From the IMG/VR virus record IMGVR_UViG_3300039208_000020, positions 1-34,418 of that record: a DNA stretch of 34,418 bases; one strand, written 5' to 3'. Under the pieces are notes generated by a model. The model saw only the letters and a program-made list of their open reading frames with translations. It made no database searches and was not told the origin of the DNA. Within the stretch, counting starts at the first letter, position 1. Each line of letters starts with the position of its first letter. Below are positions 18,777 through 27,715 of the stretch, in pieces. Both the position numbers and the translations under genes were made by a program. This stretch comes from a virus (taxonomy: Duplodnaviria > Caudoviricetes).

Positions 18777-19502
18777 CTAAACCCCCGTTACAGCGTCAGT
18801 ACCGAGACCTGTGGTTGTATATGTTAGATTAGTATAGTTAGCTTCTGCCACTGCTGTTAAAGCTCTTGAATACGTCTGGTTTAACTTATTAGATAAAGTA
18901 GCAAAGTCTACCTTCTCAAAACGTCTAAACATCGTGTTATCAGCTTGCTGACTTTGTACTGCAATAAGTTCTAAAGCAGGTAAAAAGTTCAATGCTGATT
19001 TAATTGTAACGGCCTCTAATAAATTTCTAACCTCAGCGTCGCCAGAGTCCATTAAAGTCTCTACATTTATGCCGTTCAATGCAGGCTCCGCCTTAACATC
19101 ATAATAGGCTTTCAAAATGTCAATTTGTTCGTCTGGCCATTCATCATCGGACAGACCTACTAAGTTTCTCACTTGTTGAGCAGAAACAGGGATGTTAATA
19201 CGATCAACAATATTATAGCTAATAGCGTGTCTAAATGTATTTCCATCATAATCAAACTTTATTTCTAAATGTCTTAATTCATATTCTAAAGTCTTACCAT
19301 TCGCACCTGCAGAAATAGGTACAACAACATTGCTAGTATCCGCATCTGGAGTTACTGCTAAGTTGTTGTACCCTGCGAGAATCGAACCATCTGGTTTTGT
19401 TAATGTAACAGACACCGTACCTGTTTCAGGTACAACAAATTCATCTCCAACAATAAAGTCAAAGTAGAAACTGTGAGCAGTATCCTTCTTTACATATAAC
19501 AT
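18777..19502 (-). CDS. Putative head-tail adaptor (N-terminal Ig-like domain plus helical connector domain)
   Basis: Beta-rich N-half; helical C-half starting SAQQVRNLVGLSDDEWPDE; position after the capsid gene. Confidence 0.55.
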   Translation of the reverse strand: MLYVKKDTAHSFYFDFIVGDEFVVPETGTVSVTLTKPDGSILAGYNNLAVTPDADTSNVVVPISAGANGKTLEYELRHLEIKFDYDGNTFRHAISYNIVDRINIPVSAQQVRNLVGLSDDEWPDEQIDILKAYYDVKAEPALNGINVETLMDSGDAEVRNLLEAVTIKSALNFLPALELIAVQSQQADNTMFRRFEKVDFATLSNKLNQTYSRALTAVAEANYTNLTYTTTGLGTDAVTGV

Positions 19503-19511
19503 CAACTATCC

Positions 19512-20138
19512 TTACTTCTTAGATTGGTCACCACTTTTGGCTTTAGACTTGCTGTCTTTGCTAGCTTTTTCATTTGCTTTCTGCTTAGTTTCAGCATCAC
19601 CTTTGGAGTCTCCAGCTGTTGATTTAGAATCTTCATCGCTATCTCCTTCTTCTTTAGCTTTAGCCTCAACCTCTGCTTTTGCTTTAGCCTCCGCATCCGC
19701 CTTAGCTTTTTCCTCGGCTTCTGCCTTGGCTTTAGCCTCAGCCTCTTCTTTAGCTTTCAATTCAGCTTCTTCTTTAGCCTTAGCTTCTTTAGCTTCCGCT
19801 TCGGCTTTAGCCTTAGCTTCTGCCTCTGCTTTTTGTTTAGCTGTCTCTGTTTCAGTAATATCATCACGTTCATCACCATCAATAGTTACACCTAACTCAG
19901 CACAATAAGCTTCAACCGCCGCTTTAGCATCACGTTCCATTTCCACGAATACCTCGAAGAAATCATCATCTGATGCTTCTTTTGGTAGGTTTCTAGCCAA
20001 CACCTTCAACTCTTTTTTATTGATACGGATATCAACGAAAGGTGTATGAGTAACGACAGAGGGTCTATTAGAGTCAATCTCTTCTCTGTTGCTGTTTAGT
20101 AGCATGAAGCTACCAGTAGTTTCCACAATATGTTTCAT
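19512..20138 (-). CDS. Hypothetical virion-associated protein with Ala/Glu/Lys-rich low-complexity tail
   Basis: ATG 20138 with a CAGGAG RBS; ~95-aa globular N-terminus followed by (EAKAKA)-type repeats. Confidence 0.7.
   Translation of the reverse strand: MKHIVETTGSFMLLNSNREEIDSNRPSVVTHTPFVDIRINKKELKVLARNLPKEASDDDFFEVFVEMERDAKAAVEAYCAELGVTIDGDERDDITETETAKQKAEAEAKAKAEAEAKEAKAKEEAELKAKEEAEAKAKAEAEEKAKADAEAKAKAEVEAKAKEEGDSDEDSKSTAGDSKGDAETKQKANEKASKDSKSKAKSGDQSKK
19650..19840 (-). repeat. Degenerate coding tandem repeat (EAEAKAK/EEAKAK units)
   Basis: Repeated (t/c)ttagc and ttctgc units in the DNA, with protein periodicity of about 6-8 aa. Confidence 0.8.
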
Positions 20139-20171
20139 AATTTGCTCCTGTTGCATTGTATTCATTCCTAT

Positions 20172-20207
20172 AAAAATAGCCCACCCACAGGGGTGTAGGT
20201 GGGCTAT
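20172..20207 (-). terminator. Intrinsic terminator after the major capsid gene
   Basis: Minus strand ATAGCCCACCTACA-CCCC-TGTGGGTGGGCTAT (14-bp stem with one G-U pair) followed by TTTTAT. Confidence 0.88.
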
Positions 20208-20229
20208 ATGTTAATTAAACTTCTAACCG

Positions 20230-21402
20230 TTAGGCATTGAAGTTGAAGATTTCACGTGTATCTCCGTATACCAAACGGTAACCAGTGTTTTCTGTTTTTA
20301 CCATTGTGATAGTTTGGTTTGTGATAACACGCTCTGTCTCGTTGATGTCTGAACCAGCTTCTTTTAGCTCTTCAAGAGTATCACCTTTAGTGTACCCTAT
20401 GATTCTTCCAGCAGGTACTGAGCTTGACAGTACAGGTGTAAGGCTAGAGAAGATGTTCATACCAGCAGATAGAGACTGACCAGCTTTGTTTAGGCTCTCA
20501 GCAGGTGTGTCACCTGATGGTGTTTGTTGTTTTGAGAACAACATTAACCATTGGAACCATCCATCCCAGTTCATTACAACTGTGTCAACAGGTACACCTG
20601 CTTTTGCACGTTGTACTAACCAGTAAAGTAGATGTGCCCATGAAAGCTGACCGTTTGTTGCAGTCACACCAGTCTGTGAGTTGTAAGAAGATTGGTTTAC
20701 AACGTTCGCAGCTGAGTTAACACCATCACCGTTGATTAGAACATCTGTTGCAGCTTTCACTTTAGATAGTTCTAGTTCACGAGCGATACGGTTTGCGTGT
20801 GGAACAAGTAGGTCAAGAGAAGCACGACGGCTAAATTCGTATGAAGTACGAAGTGCTGAACCGTGTTTGTACATCTTAACTGAGTATTCACTTGTACGGA
20901 TAGAACGAACAGGAATACGAGCACCCTCTGGAACAGAGAAGCTATCGTTTTCTTTACTGTCGTCATCAACAACTGTAGAAAGAAGTTCTACACCCGCCAT
21001 TGTACGTGAGTTAGCAACCATAGGTTCTGTTCTTTCGAACTGATCCTGACGAACTGCGTAACGAAGAACATCATCAATAACTTCTGGGAACAATGCACGA
21101 GTACCTGCATGTGTTTGGAAAGTTTCTGATGCAGCTTGTAAGAAGATACCGTCTTTGAAGTTATCTTTAACTGGTAAGTTCAACTCGCATAGAGTTCTTT
21201 CGTAACCGTCAAGTCCATCTTTATGTGCTTCGCTACCTGCTGCAAGCATTAGGTAGTCACGAACAGAAATTCCGTACTTGGCCGCTGTTTTTGTTAATTT
21301 AAGACCCGCATTTTCAGAGTCTTTACCATTTGGTGACGTAAGTGAAGCCACCAATTCGTTTAGATCAATTGGTTTGATCTGGCTTAATGCTTCATAATCC
21401 AT
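20230..21402 (-). CDS. Major capsid protein (HK97 fold)
   Basis: 390 aa; LFPEVID, VPEGARIP, K.YKHG..LR.SYEF.RR..LDLL and D.LINGDG motifs; strong RBS; followed by a terminator. Confidence 0.9.
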   Translation of the reverse strand: MDYEALSQIKPIDLNELVASLTSPNGKDSENAGLKLTKTAAKYGISVRDYLMLAAGSEAHKDGLDGYERTLCELNLPVKDNFKDGIFLQAASETFQTHAGTRALFPEVIDDVLRYAVRQDQFERTEPMVANSRTMAGVELLSTVVDDDSKENDSFSVPEGARIPVRSIRTSEYSVKMYKHGSALRTSYEFSRRASLDLLVPHANRIARELELSKVKAATDVLINGDGVNSAANVVNQSSYNSQTGVTATNGQLSWAHLLYWLVQRAKAGVPVDTVVMNWDGWFQWLMLFSKQQTPSGDTPAESLNKAGQSLSAGMNIFSSLTPVLSSSVPAGRIIGYTKGDTLEELKEAGSDINETERVITNQTITMVKTENTGYRLVYGDTREIFNFNA

Positions 21403-21418
21403 TGTTTACTTTCCTTTC

Positions 21419-21829
21419 CTAAACAGCGATTGCGATTGCGTATGAGTCATCAGAAGCAACTTCAACTACTAACCAACGGCTAGCTGTTGTACTTCCTTTA
21501 ACAGTCCCAGCCTCAGAAGCACCTGAAAGGTATTCACCTACATCTGGCACATCACCAGCTGCTAGTCCGTCATCAATTGGGAATTTATAACCACCTGCCA
21601 TTGCTACAGTACCGACATTTACGCCTTCGACCTCACGAATTTCAACAAATTCAAGACGACCAATGATAACGTCATCGTCACCAGCAAGTTTTACAGTGTT
21701 TGCAGATGCTGAGTCTAAAGCAACAGCTTTACCCTCGTCTGCTTTTACAATACTTGATTCTAAGTAGAATGGGTATTGTGCATCTTCATGGAAAATACCA
21801 TTAAGAGATAGAGTACCGATTTGTGTCAT
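21419..21829 (-). CDS. Capsid decoration/cement protein
   Basis: 136 aa between scaffold and capsid genes; GKAV.L....NTVKLAGD.D.IIGRL..VE pattern. Confidence 0.7.
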   Translation of the reverse strand: MTQIGTLSLNGIFHEDAQYPFYLESSIVKADEGKAVALDSASANTVKLAGDDDVIIGRLEFVEIREVEGVNVGTVAMAGGYKFPIDDGLAAGDVPDVGEYLSGASEAGTVKGSTTASRWLVVEVASDDSYAIAIAV

Positions 21830-21840
21830 ATCATTTCTCC

Positions 21841-23055
21841 TTAATCGTTAATTTTGAAATTTGACTTACGACGTTGAGCAGAAAGTTTTTCAGCTTCTTT
21901 CTCTACGTCAGTTTTACCACCATCACTGGTTGGCTCGGCACCAAACAACTGATGTAACTTAAGTCCCTTCTCTTTAATAAGAGCGAACATCGCTGTGATG
22001 TCCTCTGGAACATCTTCGTCTTCACCTGTTGCTACGATAGCAGCTTTTAATTCAGGTAAAAGAAGTTCTTTAAAAGAATCCAATTGAGTTGTTAAAGTTT
22101 CGTTAGAAGCTTTAAGCTCTTTTGTATCCTCGTCCTGTGAAGCTTCGAGTTCTGCGATTTTCGCATCTTTCTCAGCAATGCTTTCTTGTAAAGTAGTAAC
22201 TTCACCGTTCAGACCTTCAATTTTAGTAGTGGCTTGAACTAGCTCTGCTTCTGCTTTACCCAGCTTTGTACTAGTCTCAGCTAGCATAGTTTCTAAATTC
22301 ATAGATTTCTCCTTGTTAGAATTTGGGGTTTCAGAATTGTCCAATTTAAAGGACGCAGTTAGAACATGAGCTTCGGCAGGAATTCTACTTGCGGCTAATC
22401 GTTCCACTGTTTCTTGACTTAGGCTTTGACTACTCTTAGCCCTCGACAAAATTTTAGCATCTTTAGCGGCACCACGGCCAACTAGAGATAACTCAGCAAA
22501 GGTATCCATTCCGACTAGACGAACATGAGTACCATTCTCTCCTATAGTGTGTCCATTTTCACACGTTAGAGTCAAGATGTTCATAAAGTCTGCTTCTTCA
22601 CCGAAGTAGTCGAATTCACACTCAGAACAAATTGCTTTCTTTGCTAAGAGTCCAACACTAACTTCATCAACCAGTGCGGATTCTATCTTTTTAATTAGAT
22701 CAGAACCTTCTTCTGAATCTTTAGGAATGTAAAACATTCCACGTAACTCTGTTTCTCCATTAGGCATTTCTTTTACTTTAGCAGCAAATACTTTACCTAC
22801 AGGTAACATGCCTTGTGTCTTATGCATTATTTGCAACGGTACTGATGTACCTTTTTCATTCACAAATTCTTCCATCTCCACAAGTGTACCTCGTGATACT
22901 CTTGCTCCATCGTGGAAACCCTTCTGTGATATAGCTTCGGTAGATAACATTTTAGCTTCAAACACTGCTAAGTTATGCACGTTCAAATCTTCATCATCCA
23001 TTGAGAATTTAATGGACTGCTCTATCTCCGCCGTGATTTCAAGTTGTTTCGCCAT
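21841..23055 (-). CDS. Prohead protease fused to C-terminal coiled-coil scaffold
   Basis: PLQIMH, LPVGKVF, DEVSVG and ELSLV..GA motifs; inserted CxxC...CxxxH; C-terminal coiled coil with an internal Met (MNLETMLAE) preceded by AAGGAG. Confidence 0.85.
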   Translation of the reverse strand: MAKQLEITAEIEQSIKFSMDDEDLNVHNLAVFEAKMLSTEAISQKGFHDGARVSRGTLVEMEEFVNEKGTSVPLQIMHKTQGMLPVGKVFAAKVKEMPNGETELRGMFYIPKDSEEGSDLIKKIESALVDEVSVGLLAKKAICSECEFDYFGEEADFMNILTLTCENGHTIGENGTHVRLVGMDTFAELSLVGRGAAKDAKILSRAKSSQSLSQETVERLAASRIPAEAHVLTASFKLDNSETPNSNKEKSMNLETMLAETSTKLGKAEAELVQATTKIEGLNGEVTTLQESIAEKDAKIAELEASQDEDTKELKASNETLTTQLDSFKELLLPELKAAIVATGEDEDVPEDITAMFALIKEKGLKLHQLFGAEPTSDGGKTDVEKEAEKLSAQRRKSNFKIND

Positions 23056-23093
23056 TTTTTAATAATTACCTAATTATACATTTTTTTCAACAT

Positions 23094-23107
23094 TTAATTT
23101 ATGTAGC
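23094..23107 (-). promoter_or_regulatory. Candidate late promoter/operator motif GCTACATAAATTAA
   Basis: 13/14 identical to 29511-29524; same orientation; in the gap upstream of the protease gene. Confidence 0.5.
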
Positions 23108-23109
23108 TC

Positions 23110-25953
23110 CTATAAGGTCGTTTTATATGATCTCAAAGGTTTACTATTTAACCCTGTAAATAAATTAGCCAGAGTCTCTGTACCAACCAGATCATAGATG
23201 TAGTACAACGTACCATTAGTATCTATTGGAGCACTATCTAGTGTTAAAGTAATAACACCATTGGATACCGTTTGGCTACTAATATTTATGGCAGTATCAT
23301 CTGAACCTATGTAAACAAATCCTTCTGATCCTGTTAGAGTTGTGTCATCAGTATTAACTGTAATAGTCTGTCCATTTCTTGTGGCTGATGTAATACGTGG
23401 TCCTTTAGCATTCGGGAGAGTGGCTCCTAGATACTCAGAAATCGAATCCGCACCGTTCGTTGCAATTGTTACATACCCAGCATCTAATGGGTGTTCATTA
23501 TCGTATAGTGGAGCAATGTATTCTTCTGCTCCGAAATGAATATAGTCATTCTCTTCAATTAATTCTAATTGAGCATTACGAACTCCTTGAGTACCACCAA
23601 CGTTACTATTACCTGATGTCTTTCTTCCTATGATATCAATAAAGATTTGAACATCGCCATAAGTTGTTCTTATATGATCGAACATAGCTTTCAAAGACGT
23701 TTTGTATTCTGCAAATGTTGGGCTGACAGATTCATCTAAATCTAAAGCATCATTCTGACCTTGTGACCATGTAAATATGGTAGGTGCAATACCTGTTGCA
23801 TCAATTGAAGAATACATACTCAATAGTGATGGTCCCGGTGACCCCGTTGTTTCATCCCACCAGCTTGTTGTACTATCATTAGCTTTCATTAGACCAGAAC
23901 CAGATACTGCTGAATTCTGGTAGGTAAACACATCATCAGGGATATTAGTTTGTAAACGAGACATAAATGTTTCATAACCGATATCTGTGCTAGTTTCATC
24001 AGAGTTAATCCATCTTTGTCTTAAAGATTGACCCCCACCTCTAATATGGTGACGATTTCTACCAAAGATCATTCTAGCTTCCATTTGTTCTGGTGTTAAG
24101 TATTGGTTACCCATTTCTACAGCATAAATATCCCCACCACTATAATCTCTTAATTCCAAGCTACTAAAGTTTACCAAGTCTGCAGTTTGTGCTCTAGTTC
24201 TAGAATACCCATGACTATAAACATAACCAGTTCTACGTGAGTTATCCCATGATAATCCTACAAACTGTTTTGTTCCATAAATAGGACGTAGTCCTCCTGC
24301 GACACTCAGGTTATCTTTTCTATTACCCCCACCACTAGCTCTATATAACGACCCCGGAAAGTCTATATTATTATCCAAGAAGATTGCTGCTGTGTTGGTT
24401 GAACTACCCTGATTAAGAATCACTGGGTATCGTTCTGAACCTGATGATGCATCAACATCAAATAATGCCCACAAGAAACCTTGATCTTTAGGAGTATAAG
24501 ATTGACCACCTACGTTTATTGTTCTTGGGGTTCCGTCTTCTGTTAAGAATGTTTGAATATCAAATTCCTGTCTGAATACTTCCGCAGCGATAACTTTACC
24601 AACTGTTTCAGCACCAGTTAGATCGTAATGCACTTCATCACCTGACGTACCTGCGATATTCGTACCTATCACAAAGAATACGTCAGTCATATCATCTGCT
24701 ACTTCTGCTTGAGCATCAGCAACAGCTTCCCACGCAGCTTGAGTTGCCCAACCTGTGTAGTCTGGCATAGAACAATTGAACCACTTAACCTGTTGACGAA
24801 TAGCTCCACGAACCAAAGTGATAAGATCGGTCAAGAAGGTTACATACTCAGCTTGAGTTGTACCACCTACGACATCACCTTCACCTTGTCCCCAAATTAC
24901 TCCAGCAATAGGTCCACGTTGTTTTGCTAATTGTATTTGTTCAACCGCACCAATGACAGTTGCCATCATACCTTCGAATTTAGTACCTGATGTTCTGTAG
25001 GTACTTCTTTTAGTATCCCATGTTGGAGTGCTACCATCAAAAGATGACCCAGCTAGGTTAGCTGGACATACCATAACGTCTTGACCAGATTCGTTGTATA
25101 AATTGTCTGCAAAATACCCAGCGTAACCTATCTTTGGCACACTATTGGTAGGGGCATCTGCCCATAAAGAACCATCTAGGTCGTTTAGTCCCGGAATTCG
25201 AGAGCTTGCAGAGTCAGATAAAGGATCAGTATAAGCTGCAACGGTCATAGCATTTGATAGCTTAAATATATTTGATCCGTGAGAATATACAGGAGTTCCT
25301 TGTGCTTGCCCTACGTTGTTGGATTGTCCAAGGAACATATAGATATGTTTACTAGCGTCATAAGTAACACTATCATCAATTTCCACATCACCTGTTAAGA
25401 TACGGCAATTCTCGTCACTTAATGAAGTGTTGTAGTATCTGATCTCGTTAATAGTACCACCAAAAACATTTGTTCCACCTAATAGTTGACCTAAGTCAAA
25501 TTGCGTAAATGTTTGGTTTACATAGTTAGCATCAATACCACACATAGGCATACCATCGAACCATAATGCGAATGTACCATTAGTAAGATCATAATTGATT
25601 ATCATCTTATGGTTACCATTAGCGATGTTACTTAGGTAACTATCATAAGCCTCCGCTGTTTGTCCAGATGATGTTGAGTAAGTACGGAAACGACCACCGT
25701 TAGCTGATCTCTTCTGTTGGAATACTCTGTTTGTTGATGACCCATCAGATAACGTCCATAAGCAACTATTGTCACCTGAGTTTGCAGAGTTATCAGTATA
25801 GTCGAGATAAATCGTACCAACATCACCATCAAAACCTGTAATGGCTTCGACTCCATTGGTTGGCGATTCATTAGTGTAAGTCGGGCTAGGGAACGAAGAC
25901 GCTAGTTGTCCCGCCGCACTGACACTAGTTATACTACACCCTACACTTATCAT
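23110..25953 (-). CDS. Putative head-spike fibre with [LamG-like + SGNH/sialate-O-acetylesterase-like] x2 and a C-terminal Ig-like domain
   Basis: LamG-type ends (GTINEIRYYNTSLSDE; GDIYAVEMGNQYLT). Esterase 1: GQSN/WGQGEGD/DEVH. Esterase 2: GQSL/WSQGQND/DNEHP. N-terminus MISVGCSI. Confidence 0.75.
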   Translation of the reverse strand: MISVGCSITSVSAAGQLASSFPSPTYTNESPTNGVEAITGFDGDVGTIYLDYTDNSANSGDNSCLWTLSDGSSTNRVFQQKRSANGGRFRTYSTSSGQTAEAYDSYLSNIANGNHKMIINYDLTNGTFALWFDGMPMCGIDANYVNQTFTQFDLGQLLGGTNVFGGTINEIRYYNTSLSDENCRILTGDVEIDDSVTYDASKHIYMFLGQSNNVGQAQGTPVYSHGSNIFKLSNAMTVAAYTDPLSDSASSRIPGLNDLDGSLWADAPTNSVPKIGYAGYFADNLYNESGQDVMVCPANLAGSSFDGSTPTWDTKRSTYRTSGTKFEGMMATVIGAVEQIQLAKQRGPIAGVIWGQGEGDVVGGTTQAEYVTFLTDLITLVRGAIRQQVKWFNCSMPDYTGWATQAAWEAVADAQAEVADDMTDVFFVIGTNIAGTSGDEVHYDLTGAETVGKVIAAEVFRQEFDIQTFLTEDGTPRTINVGGQSYTPKDQGFLWALFDVDASSGSERYPVILNQGSSTNTAAIFLDNNIDFPGSLYRASGGGNRKDNLSVAGGLRPIYGTKQFVGLSWDNSRRTGYVYSHGYSRTRAQTADLVNFSSLELRDYSGGDIYAVEMGNQYLTPEQMEARMIFGRNRHHIRGGGQSLRQRWINSDETSTDIGYETFMSRLQTNIPDDVFTYQNSAVSGSGLMKANDSTTSWWDETTGSPGPSLLSMYSSIDATGIAPTIFTWSQGQNDALDLDESVSPTFAEYKTSLKAMFDHIRTTYGDVQIFIDIIGRKTSGNSNVGGTQGVRNAQLELIEENDYIHFGAEEYIAPLYDNEHPLDAGYVTIATNGADSISEYLGATLPNAKGPRITSATRNGQTITVNTDDTTLTGSEGFVYIGSDDTAINISSQTVSNGVITLTLDSAPIDTNGTLYYIYDLVGTETLANLFTGLNSKPLRSYKTTL

Positions 25954-26211
25954 TTAGAAATAACCTTTTACTGTACCACCTGATACGGCTGTAATTTTAC
26001 TGAAAAAGAATGGGTAAATTAAACCCTTCTTCAATGGTACAGTAGTGTGAGATGTAGCTTCACCTATAAACTCACCCGTCACTGTCACATCGTCAGTGTC
26101 AACCATAATAAATCTTGTATGTTGCGTGAAAGCTGTTGCTGATGGAGTAATATCTCTACCAAATGACGCACCTGCCATCGCACTATCTAATCCTTCAAAT
26201 CTTTGACCCAT
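25954..26211 (-). CDS. Putative head-spike base protein (RcGTA Rcc01079/GhsA-like)
   Basis: 85 aa; ITPS......TRFIMV....V.V......T.PL..G.IYP....KI pattern; located between portal and fibre genes. Confidence 0.65.
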   Translation of the reverse strand: MGQRFEGLDSAMAGASFGRDITPSATAFTQHTRFIMVDTDDVTVTGEFIGEATSHTTVPLKKGLIYPFFFSKITAVSGGTVKGYF

Positions 26212-27677
26212 TATTTTTTCACCTCGTTTGATCTTGCTTGTTTCGTACTACCCTCTGATGCTACAGAACGTCCTAGAGGGTCACTATTCGGACTGACTGA
26301 CTCAGCGTCTGCTCCTGCTGTTGGTGTTTGGAAATTAGTTCCAGACAACTCTGGTGCAGAATCAGGCTTAGGTCTGTTGTACATATTCATATGATACTCG
26401 TCATCTGTAATAATTCCAACAGATAAATCTCCTAGCAACCTAGTCTGTTTCATAATTCGTTGTGGTTCTAGCTCTAAGTCTGGTCTTAACTCAGCTGGAG
26501 CGAACTTACATTTAACATAACCATCAAAACCTTGCAGTCTCAAAGCCAGTGTGAACATGTCTTCAAACATAGAGGCGATTGGAACATTAATACTATCCGC
26601 TGACATCGAGAAAACACGAGCTTCAACAGACGCAGTATTTACACCACTTTCACCTTTACCTATGATAGTCCCCATTGTTTTGAGAGCTGCTTGGTTTTGG
26701 GCATCGAGAACCTTCATGATATCACTGGCATCAAGTGATTTCGCTGGTCCTCCTTCGTTGAGGATTTTAGCTTCAACGGCATCGAAGTGAATGTATGCAG
26801 CATCTGGTCTTAGATTAGCCACACCATTCGCTATCTCTGTAAGTCTAGCATTCATCCATGCTCTCATTTGATTAGGGTCTTGCCTAATATTTTCTGGAGC
26901 GTTCTTCATAAGAACTTCTTCAACAACTGTAACTTCCATACGTGGGTATCCAGTCTTCTGCATGATACGATACAAGTCATTTATAACCTGTTGTCTCGCA
27001 GCTACCGTATTAATACTTGATACGAATGGTGACTCTGAGTAAATCTCAGCTGGGTTTTGTCTGTAGTGTTTTACGAATATATTAGGTAAATCTAATAGAA
27101 TAGGATCGTTAGCATTTGGTGGTTCTTGTTCAGGTTTGTATTGTCCTGCAGCTTTCTCATACCAGTTGACAGTCGCCAAATCAATATGTCTAACTTCTGC
27201 TGGTACTAAGAATTTATCGAACACCAACTCAGCACAAATACCACCACGTAGGAGGATCATATATCTAAGTTGCTCTGCGATCTCTTCAATCTTATGTGTG
27301 AATTGGAAACCCGTTGAATAATCGGAACGTGTTGTCAATCCTCGAATAATCTGTTCTAATCCTTTTAATCCATCACGGTCTAATTCATCATCCATATTAT
27401 ACACAGAGAAAATAGGTGTTGTGTTGGATAGTGTTAAGTATGCGTGTACTGTTGCTGAAATATCTGAATCATACTTAAAAAGTTTGTTTAGTAGTTCTCT
27501 TGAATCAAGAGATGCTCTGTCAGTAAATAAATCTACTAAGTGTGCTCTGTAATCTTGTGCTGATAAAACCTGATCGGTTTGTTGTGGATTAAATGTAGAA
27601 GTTGAAGAAGAACCTTTTGGGTTCGCTCTTCTCTTCGGTAGAACAATATTCGATAAACTTTGTATATTTAATGCCAT
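26211..27677 (-). CDS. Portal protein
   Basis: 488 aa, helical, directly after terminase; LRGG...ELV, DLYRIM..TGYPR and G.ITDDEY motifs. Confidence 0.88.
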   Translation of the reverse strand: MALNIQSLSNIVLPKRRANPKGSSSTSTFNPQQTDQVLSAQDYRAHLVDLFTDRASLDSRELLNKLFKYDSDISATVHAYLTLSNTTPIFSVYNMDDELDRDGLKGLEQIIRGLTTRSDYSTGFQFTHKIEEIAEQLRYMILLRGGICAELVFDKFLVPAEVRHIDLATVNWYEKAAGQYKPEQEPPNANDPILLDLPNIFVKHYRQNPAEIYSESPFVSSINTVAARQQVINDLYRIMQKTGYPRMEVTVVEEVLMKNAPENIRQDPNQMRAWMNARLTEIANGVANLRPDAAYIHFDAVEAKILNEGGPAKSLDASDIMKVLDAQNQAALKTMGTIIGKGESGVNTASVEARVFSMSADSINVPIASMFEDMFTLALRLQGFDGYVKCKFAPAELRPDLELEPQRIMKQTRLLGDLSVGIITDDEYHMNMYNRPKPDSAPELSGTNFQTPTAGADAESVSPNSDPLGRSVASEGSTKQARSNEVKK

Positions 27678-27715
27678 TTAATATTTTTACCCCATTATCT
27701 TTCCAATTACAACAA

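Noticed and set aside
19502-19908. Alternative-frame (64 aa) and antisense (123 aa) ORFs over the AEK repeat
   Set aside because: By-products of low-complexity repeat DNA that lacks stop codons.
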